Shown here: positions 54,231-64,000 of the stretch, in pieces
How positions within the stretch are numbered: position 1 is the first letter of the stretch
How the letters are laid out: each line of letters begins with the position of its first letter
Assembly: GCA_951406725.2 (NCBI GenBank)
Contig: OX597820.1
Location: 51,956,001-52,020,000, forward strand
Direction of reading: 5' to 3'
DNA: 64,000 nt
Source of the DNA: Octopus vulgaris
Lineage: Eukaryota
Translations under genes and position numbers: made by a program
The notes under the pieces: model-generated
Seen by the model: only the letters and a program-made list of their open reading frames with translations
What the model was told of the DNA's origin: nothing
The model's database searches: none

Positions 54231-54768
54231 TGGTTGAACAGAGAATATTAACGTCAGAAAAAATTAAAATATGTGGATGAAAGGTGTTTTGCAGAGAAAG
54301 ATACAATGCAGGAAACGTCTCTGCACTAAGATCTAATAGATCTTCTCTACACCGATGATGGAGGTTCGTCTTATCCAAAGTCAGTTGCATCCGTACGGTC
54401 ATGTATTGTGATGACCTACATATACCAATATTATCGTGGATCTTCGAGCCCCTCCCCACAAAAGAGTTGTTATACTTGTAATACCTTTCTACCAGCCCTT
54501 CAATTTTCTCTGTCGTTTGTACTTTGTGTAAGTTGGATATACATATCTATATATTTACACTAAAATATTCATCTGAAAGCCTCCACTTTTTGCCTTCTCT
54601 CAATTTGCATGTATACATATATACATAATTTGTATTTAATACTTGAAATATTACGTGTAATACATTCAATATATTTAATTATCTAATCTGTTTCTTAGCA
54701 TAGTTGTATCTCTCTCTTCATTTCACCCTCTCTTTCTCTTTCTTACTTTTTTCTCTCTCTTTCTGTAC

Positions 54769-54807
<39 letters not shown>

Positions 54808-54808
54808 C

Positions 54809-54893
<85 letters not shown>

Positions 54894-55859
54894 TGGAGAT
54901 AGGGAGAGAGAGAAAAAAAGATGAAAATGCATATTGAACACTGCATTAGTGGATAGAATTTCTTTATTTGTGTATTAAAGCTAGCATAGGTTTCATGTTA
55001 AGAAAAATAGAAAATTATCTTAATATTTTAACAATTTTTCAAACCGGCCAAATGGAGGAATGGTGTTCGTCTCCATTTTGGATAAAAGCACAAAGTCTCT
55101 TAATTCGTGGAGATTCTCCTAAAGAAAGCAATACATTGAAGAGTGTATTAAATAGACATCCAATATATCTCCCCTCTCTCTCTCCATCTCTCTCTCTCTC
55201 TTTTCCTCTCCTCTTTCCGAAAATGGAGTCCTTTTGAAAACTTACCTTTACTTTTCCCCACTTACAGCACGTTATTATTCAAAGCATCTACTACAGAAAA
55301 ACTATATGGCTTGCAATGAATCGGTGAGGACGCCAGTAGACGTGGTATGAGATAACCCACAGACTATTATAGAAAACCTTTTGTCACGGCAGGTGTATGT
55401 TGCTAGATGATAAACTCAGTATGCAGTTCATGACAAACTTTTGTTCATACACTGACCTGTAACGAAACAGAGAAGCATGATGCACGTTAAATCACTCGAA
55501 TTACGCTATCTAGAGTTACCATTCATTTCATTGAGATTGTCATTGAAATCTCAGTTAACTGTATGGCTGCTAGTATCGATGTGCAACAGATTATTTCACG
55601 TTAAGATTTATGGCATACTTGTAGTTTCTGATAAGTGGGTGTCCAAAGCGAACAAAAGGAATTTCATATTCGAAACGACTGATTTATTCGTTCCTGATTA
55701 AAAAATAAAACACCCAAAAAATGATGTTGTAGGATATTATTATTTGGCTGATGGTAATATTGTCTTGCGTAAAGAAATATATTAAAGGTTATTAACCATG
55801 ATGAATGAAATTAAGTAATCTAGTAAACAAATCGATGTAATGACATAAGGAATTTATTT

Positions 55860-56840
55860 ATTGCTGCCGTTGATTCGCTAATTTCTTTTGCTGCGGTTGT
55901 TATTCATGTTGTTCTTGATGTTGTTGTTATTACTGGTGATTGTGGTGACAGTGGTGTGGGAGTTGTTCATTTAACTTCCTGTTATTGGATCGGAGTATCT
56001 TACATGATTGACTTTTTCTAATTAAAGCTAATTGCCCTTTTGGAGAATAATTTGACCCGAGATAATGTTGATTCGGTTGATGTTGGCGCGTTTTATTATG
56101 AATGTGTGGTGGTGGCGTAAAACGGCGAGGACGGTGTATATTGGTGCAGAGATGGAGATGTTTACGAAATCATATATAACCTTGGAAGGGTGTGTGTGTT
56201 TTGCTGGCTTGCCGCGGGTATTGATGTATCTATTTTTCATCTTTATCGTTTTTGTAATTTCCCTCAAGGGCATTCATGTTGTAGCTGTGGTGACGATGAC
56301 CATGACGACAGCGACAACGACGATGACAATGCTAACAACACGTACGACGACCATGAGAATCATGACGGCATCAATTGTGATAATGAACACGAATAAGGTA
56401 AAGGTGAGGTTGTTCCAACTGATGATGTATCGTTTTTGTTGATGATGACGATGCTAATGGCAATGATGATTATGATGATGATGATGGCTTTGTTCATGAC
56501 GATGAGCGTGGTGTTGATGATGGCAGTGATTATGGAAATAATTGATTACTAATTATCAGTTTCACTGTGCAATCGTGTTTAGACCGATGACATTAATGAA
56601 AACGATAATCATGATGATGTTAATAACGATGAGCGTGATGATAATAGCAGTGATCACAATGTTGTTGCTCCTGCTGATGCTGCCGCTGCTGCTGGTGGTG
56701 TTCATGATGATGCCGATTATGTTGGCTACGTTGATGGTATTTACTGAAAGCGATCAGTATTAGGGTGTGGCTGTTTGGCATTCAGCACCAGCAGTAGTTG
56801 CGGCGATTGCAGCAGTAGCAGAAGCAGTGGTAGCAGCTGC

Positions 56841-56920
<80 letters not shown>

Positions 56921-56965
56921 CAGCAGCAGCAGCAGCAGAAACACCGGTAGTAGTAGTAGTACTAG
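55860..56965. repeat. Decayed trinucleotide low-complexity region ending in a pure (GTA)n array
   Basis: GAT/GTT/GCT-rich periodic sequence; (GTA)n at about 56841-56920. Confidence 0.85.
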
Positions 56966-57929
56966 CAACAATTTTTTTTTTAAGTGGAAGAGCTCACTTC
57001 ATTACTGATGTGTCAATCAATTATATCTATGATGTACCTGACACTGACAGGACGTCTGAATGCTAGTGCACATTCTACGAATATTTTTTTTTTTACGATT
57101 GACTCCCGGAAAATATCTATTACCCATTCTATTCAAGTGGGCATAATTTCCAAGTGGATAATAAATTACTGTAGGAACTCATGACTGTTAGTTAACATCT
57201 GTTGTAGATTTTGTATTTTGTGAAATAAGAAACGGAATTTGCACCCTAAAATCTATTGAATAATATCAAGAATGAAGGAGGTGGTAAGACTACATTAATA
57301 TTCATAAATCTAAAGCAAATATGTATAGGTGAAAATAATGAAGGAAGCAAGTAATTAGGTAATGTATGACAATGATATTTAATTTCATTTAATTTAATCT
57401 AAATTTAATTACATAACGACTGGCAAAATAGTAACAAAATAGTAAATGACGCACACTCAGCTTCCGAATACTATCTACCCATCCCTGCAGAACACTGAAG
57501 AGATGGAGCTAGCATGGTGGTTATCGTGACCTCTTGGGAGAAACAGCCGTAAGGAACTGACCTTTAATCTTTTAATCTTTTATGTATTACTAGTATATAT
57601 TTGTGTAGCACGTAGTCTTTGCATGTATATGTATTCTTATAATACTCCCTTTTGTTTTGGAATAAATAGACATAATAGAATGTCTACCGGCTGGTGTATA
57701 TCATTTTTGTATCCCCCTCCATTTTCTTTCTGCTGTATAAATTAAGGTTAAACCACTTTTTACCCCGCCCATATATGGCACTCGATTGCGAAATTGCCAC
57801 GCAATAACCAGCACTTGGGTATTAATAACTGGGCACATTACCAACAGTATATTAGATAGGTACTATGCCTTTGTTGGTTGGCTTCCCAACCTCTAATTCT
57901 CACAGAAATATATATATATATATATATAT

Positions 57930-58660
57930 ATTTTGAATTCCATCTGCTTTGAGTTACATATATCATAGGAAAATGCCGATATCATGACTGCTGGTCATCA
58001 TCTATGAACACTGAATATGTATGATCTGTCCTGGACAGCTACAGCAAGGACTACAAAGCCTTGGCCAAAAGAGTGGGGTACATCAGGCGCTCTTCCTGCG
58101 TTCGCGCACCGCAGTTCACCTTAAGCTCAATTTGGACTGCTATATGTAACTGCTGGAGACAGTGCTCAAATTTTGACTGGAGATGGTTGCTGCTCTTAGG
58201 CTATCTGTGTGAGAGTAGGATTCGCTTAAGTGTCATACATTAGGAAAATGTTTCAATTGGTTGTCAGAGAATATCTGTGTCTTCATACGTCCCGATTTCT
58301 GAACTCCTAATTCTCCTGATTGTAATCCCATGGTTGGCTACATGTGGGGCGCAGATTTTATGACAATATCAAAGATGTGCTCGGAAATTTTCCTTGGGAC
58401 ATAGTAGGAACGCATGAACCAGGTTCCGGATACATACTGAGGCTGTGGTGGAAACTGAGGACGGCTACTTTGTGCATATTTACGTGTTACAGTCATCTCC
58501 ATACATTTTTCATAGAAATTATAGCCAGCACCGATTTTTCTTACTAACTTCCGTATGAAAGACGTGAGATTTAATGTAAGTAAACACTGCTGTTTAATTT
58601 TGTTTTTGTTTTGTTTTTGTATTCATCTCACTCTCGGACATGAAACGTCGTAAAAAAATC
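57930..58660 (+). mobile_element. Tc1/mariner-superfamily transposase remnant
   Basis: WLSENICVFIRPDF*TPNSPDCNPMVGYMWGA at about 58258-58353 (WPPNSPDCNPLD motif). Confidence 0.7.
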
Positions 58661-58861
58661 AGTGCTGGCTATTGGTTCTATAGAAAATCTGTAGAGGTGA
58701 CATAAACACGCGATTTAAGTACACTACTACCACTGTTGTATACAGCATTGACTTATAAAAAAAACAACATTTGATATACTTTGTAGCATATTACAGTAGC
58801 ACAACGAAATACCGTGTACCAACGTCATGAATATTAGAATATACTCAAATATTAATGTTAT

Positions 58862-58960
58862 CTACATTATTTGCAATTGACGGATATTTGTTCTCATCTT
58901 GTTTGTTGTTAACATTTCGGCTGATATACTCTCTAGGCTTCATCAGGTTCCTTCGGGAAA
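58862..58960 (-). mobile_element. Inverted hammerhead module abutting the Penelope-like element
   Basis: Reverse complement reads gaacCTGATGAagcctagagagtatatcagccGAAAtgttaacaacaaacaagatgagaacaaatatccgtcaa, homologous to 37985-38080. Confidence 0.8.
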
Positions 58961-60935
58961 AGAAGAAAAAATAAATAACGAAATCAAAGAGAAGTTGTCT
59001 TTATTACCTAGAAAAATAACCAGAGATGATGATAGAAAGCGAATCCAACAGTGTCTAAAAATGTCATACATGAAAGAATTTGAAATAGTGAACACACGCC
59101 AGATTAAGACATTTACGAAGCTCGAAGGTCAGAGAATGAAGACTGAAGTCGGTCACCCACCTGTGAAAGCAGTAACTAATGTAAGTAGCCGATATCTAGC
59201 AAGTTCTGAAGAAGTAGTACTAAACAAAGGTCACAACTTTGCGACAACCAACAAGAGCTTTCTATACTTGGACATAATAACACCTATTTAAGAGATAGCC
59301 ATAAAGATACCAAAATCTCAAGGAGATTAACTAATGTGGAAAGTGAGACAGGTACTAGAAAAAGCGACACTTCCCAATCCAAACAGCACTAAGGAAGAAA
59401 CATTCGCTATCAAAAGACTACAGAGTGACAATACCATCATAAAACTACCAGCAGACAAGGGGAATTCTACTGTGGTGATGAACAACTCTGACTACTCGGA
59501 AAAAAATGACAAGTATTATAAGTGATGGTATCTACAGTAAAGAAAGACCCTACTTTGAAAACAGAGTGGAAGTTGTCACAGATCTTGATCAAGAACACGG
59601 ATCACTTTACACCAATGAAGTACAAACAACTGACTCAACACTACAGTAAACTACCACACATGTACGGTCTTCCTAAGATTCACAAGGATGGTATTCCATT
59701 AAGACTTACAGTAATGTGTAGAGGTTCAGCATGTTAGTCACCGAGCCGCTTCCTTGGGGATATAATCAGTCCATTAGCAGGAAAGTCAACATCGTACGTG
59801 AAGAATTCCACCCCCTTCACTGAATTGATCTAGGATACCTCTATTGAATCCAAGCAGATGGTGAGTCTAGATGTGGTAAAACTGTTCACCAAAGTCACAA
59901 CTGGTGAAGCACTATCGGTGATTCAAGAAAAGCTAGTGAGAGACACTCATCTAAAAGAATGTACTAGTATACCAATGAGAAACTTGATGAAAATATTGAC
60001 CTTCTTTGTACAAACTACCTACTTCAGTAAGGACACTGATATATATCGACATAAAGTGGGTTTAGCTATGGGTTCGCCATTATCACCGATAATAGCCAAT
60101 ACATACATGGAATACTTTAAGAATTTGGCTTTAGGATGAACACCACTAAAACCAACCATATGGCTACGATATTTTGATGGCAGATTCCTACTTTGGCCCC
60201 ACCAGGACGATGTCCAAGTGCTGTTAGATAATGTGAACATAATAAAGCCATCCATATAATTCACAATGGAAAAAGGAAAATCAGCTGGCATTCCTGGACG
60301 TATTAATAACACACACCAAGTATGGATTCAGGACATCCGTATACCGCAGGCCGACCTTCACTTGACGATACCTCAACTTCAACTCCCACCATCGATACAG
60401 TGTAATGAGAGAGGTTACTCAGTGCCTAAAACATCGAGCACTGAATATAAGTAGCGATTGTGATACCCACCACGAAGAAATGATAAAGCTCAGTAATGAT
60501 CTAGTAAGCAACAACTACCCCAAAAACATAACATCCACTCCAATTATGAAGAAAAGATAGGATGAAACCGATAAACTGTCCACAGTATGTCTACCCTATG
60601 TGAAAGGCCTCTTCGAAAAGATACAAAAGATACGCGGCCCATATAACATCAGAGCAGAATTCAAAAGTAATACAACAATTCGCAAATATCTCCTTCGAGT
60701 AAAACCACCAATAGAAGAGAATATGACTAAGAACTGCGTGTTCTCCATCCCATGTAGCTGTGGTAGGTTATACAAAGGCAAAACATGCCGCCCCCTCAAA
60801 ATAAGTGTAGAGGAACGTCGCAAAGATGTGACACGGGGAGATATTGATAAATCGGTTATAGTAATCATGTATGGAAAAATGGAGACCACCTCCCCCTGTG
60901 GGATGAAGTTAAAATAATAGACACAGAACACCAGT
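58961..60935 (+). mobile_element. Penelope/Poseidon-like element (RT plus GIY-YIG), degenerate
   Basis: LNKGHNF, PADKGNSTVVMN, YGLPKIHKDGIPLR, MVSLDVVKLFTKV, GLAMGSPLSPIIAN, WLRYFDG and CVFSIPCSCGRLYKGKTCRPL. Multiple stops and frameshifts. Confidence 0.92.
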
Positions 60936-61580
60936 AGGTGAAACCTTCATTGTTTGCATACAGTTGTGCACGATTAGATTTCATAATCACTGGGTATGGC
61001 AGATACGCTTTCAGTACATATTATTTGAATCAAAATATTTTCTGACCATATTTTAAAAAATATTTTAAGTGTTGGTGAAATTTAGTTGGATATATTTCAC
61101 GTTATTTTTTTTTAATAAAACACACGCTCATGAGCGATCCGTGCTAATCGCCCATATATTATTCGTTGGCTCTTTCAGATTCTTCAATCGAGTAGGATTT
61201 TCGGCAGATATATAGTTTTATTTTTTACTAATTCCTTCACTTTGATTTAAAATTTGCCATATTTTTTCTTAAATGGCTGTCTATCTAATACATCCTTTTT
61301 CACTGATACCTGTTATTTAATCCTCAGTTTCCTTTTATTTTGTTCACGTTAGATTTATATCTGTTTTACATTCTTCTTGATTACATATTTTGCAGTCCCG
61401 CAGTGGATATTTTATAGGATATCTGATTGCAAATGTGGAGAAATATAATATTTATAAGTGCTCATTTTAACATGCAGTCAATAATTTTGTTCTTTTCATA
61501 TCCAGTCTTGCAGGTAATGAAAATATCATTACTATCTGAAGAAAAATAAACGCCCACAGTCGGATATCTGTTATTGTATG

Positions 61581-61638
<58 letters not shown>

Positions 61639-61716
61639 ATAAATATTAGGGAATAAATCCAAATTTACAGGGAAAAAATCAGATTTAGGATTAAATCCAA
61701 TTTTATAGTAAAATAT

Positions 61717-61803
61717 TATATAATATTAATTCGAGACAAAACCACTATTTCGCAAATCGAACAAGGAAAGACTTAATCAATACATAAAAATTTTAATATA
61801 AAG

Positions 61804-61838
<35 letters not shown>

Positions 61839-61938
61839 ACCGCCACTATTTATTTTATTTACTTTATATTAAAATTTTTATGTATTGATTAAGTATTTCC
61901 TTGTTCGATTTGCGAAATAGTGGTTTTGTCTCGAATTG

Positions 61939-61946
<8 letters not shown>
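61717..61946. repeat. Near-perfect palindrome (about 92-bp arms) embedded in (TA)n
   Basis: 61717-61810 versus 61855-61946 shows two mismatches by eye. The spacer is mostly (AAAT)n. Confidence 0.92.
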
Positions 61947-61982
<36 letters not shown>

Positions 61983-61983
61983 T

Positions 61984-62030
<47 letters not shown>

Positions 62031-63121
62031 TACATACATAAGTGTGCCCGTGTGCGAGTGCGTACTTGCGTTATATCGACATACATTTATAATATTAACT
62101 TTATATATACCTGGTGATATTGCATTTTTAAGACCTTGTTACAATCAAAAACTAAAATTGTGAACATTAAATAAAAAAGAAAAACGTATTGAAACGCTGC
62201 AAATAGCGACATACGTAAAATTTAAAACGTTATAAGTGAAATAAATAAATTGGGAATAACTCTAAAGTATTTAATAGCTTTTGCATTTTTTGCAATAAGT
62301 GCATGATATAAAACAAGGAAAAGCAAAATGGAATTGGTTGTAATAAAAAGGCTCAATGGTGGTTGGATTTATACGCTAGCAATTGTTATTTGGTCACATG
62401 CTTTAGTGTTTGTAATAATTTAGCGAAGGAACGTTTGTGATAGCATCAATTAGTGGCTAAAGTTGCAAAGCTCAGCTGAATGCTGGATGTATTAAAACAT
62501 TTAAGATATCGGTGTAAAGAAGCTCATTAATGGGTATAGTAAAACAATGCAATAATGATTGCCATGAAACTACGAACGAATGATAATGGCACAGATAATT
62601 ACTGTTTGTAATGATATTTCGATCGTGTCTATAAAGACATTGCAGTGTCGATTGCAATGAAATAGTATGGCCATGGTTGTAATTACAGCGATATTTGATA
62701 GTTATTTTTTTTTCTCAATGATTGAGCTAAATCTTGGTTGTAATGAAACATTTCACAGATGATCGTACATAATGTTATTCCTTGTAATATTACAACATTA
62801 TGGGAATCAAATGTAATATCATATTACTGATGGTAATGACTAAATTGTTTTGTGAATTCTTTAATGATCCTCCAGTGCTAGTTGTATTGCAGCAGGCACA
62901 CGGTAGTTACAAAAACAGAACCCTGTGATATGTTAATAAAAGATCATCTCAAGTGAAAGAAAAAGTATTCACTCTCCTTTCCATTTACTCTGTCGTAACT
63001 AAGACAATTTGATTCGTGAGTAATCAAGTCCCTAGTTAATCTGGTCTCTAATAGAATCGAACATATTGTGTCTTCCACAAGTTCATATGCACTCAGTTTG
63101 GTTCATGATTTTTATACTCAC

Positions 63122-63184
63122 CATTCGCTAATGTAAGCTTTTTTTCTTAATCTTCTCATTGTTTTGATTGCTGTTGTCTTTTGG
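63122..63184 (-). CDS. Candidate exon, kinase beta3/alphaC-like (QKTTAIKTMRRLRKKAYISE)
   Basis: Acceptor tttttgttcag, donor ATG|gtgagt; 63 nt, phase 2/2. TAIK matches the VAIK lysine motif. Confidence 0.6.
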
Positions 63185-63339
63185 CTGAACAAAAACGGTT
63201 GCACAGATTTGAGGAGAATGATTAAGTTACATGTAAAAGCAATTTCAAGAAAAAAGCAGGAATTAAATGCAACAAATATACACTGGAAATATGAAACCAT
63301 CAGAGTTATGGTGTCATTAATCACTTTACTCTTATGATT

Positions 63340-63577
63340 CAATTGCAGCGTGGAAGATGTTTGTAAACCATTTAAGAAACACACAAAAGCCATTCGATTC
63401 ACTTCAACATTTAAGTTTAATCTGTCAAAAGATGCAGCACGGATTTTTGTCAGTGAACAGGTCGCGGTCTTAAAGCGACGAAAATATTTTGACAGATTAA
63501 ACTGAAATGTTGAAGTGAATCGAACGGCTTTTGTGTGTTTCTTAAATGGCTTTCAAACACCTTCCACGCTGCAATTG
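63340..63577. repeat. Foldback element with about 90-bp inverted arms and a structured spacer
   Basis: 63340-63430 is the reverse complement of 63487-63577 with few mismatches. Confidence 0.9.
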
Positions 63578-64000
63578 TTTTCGTTTCAGCACACGATTGC
63601 AGATCAAATCACTTGCTATGCAGGTACACCTTATGATTCACTTTATTATTTAGTATGCACTGCGCCTATATGTGTGTGCATGAGCACATGTATTTGTGTT
63701 TGTGTGTGCATATACATGTATATATAGCATATGTATGTTTACGCATATATTTACACAAATAAATATACAAACAGGCAAACATAAATACCAACATACATAC
63801 ATACCAAAATACATACATAAATATATGCATGTATCCTAATATACGTACATACATGCATACATACCTATATGCATACATACATACTTGTACGAATACAATA
63901 AGTGCATACTGTTCAACATTATTCGGTTTTCTCTGAAATTCGAAACTACAGGTTGAATGCAGGTTCAAAATTGAAACTTCTAACTTTAATATGCTTTTTA

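Overview
This is AT-rich, microsatellite-dense eukaryotic DNA. Its repeat families look most like an octopus/cephalopod genome (inference). Most of the window is intron-like sequence filled with mobile elements: an L1/Tx1-type LINE 5' end with an intact ORF1 running off the left edge, several R4/Dong-type RLE LINEs stacked in (AAT)n arrays, Penelope-like elements, a mariner, Tc1, Gypsy and BEL/Pao remnants, and many tRNA-derived SINEs. Nearly all short ORFs in the track are microsatellite or antisense artefacts. Two signals stand out. (1) A chain of small minus-strand exons spread over about 58 kb, mostly phase-compatible, whose joined translation follows the motif order of a CMGC-like protein kinase but lacks HRD and DFG; this suggests a pseudokinase or a decaying kinase gene. 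(2) A set of minimal type I hammerhead-ribozyme motifs. One forms the 3' module of a tRNA-headed SINE, and the same module sits inverted at the 5' end of a Penelope-like element, suggesting a Penelope-mobilised, ribozyme-bearing SINE. All calls were made by eye; no database searches were run.
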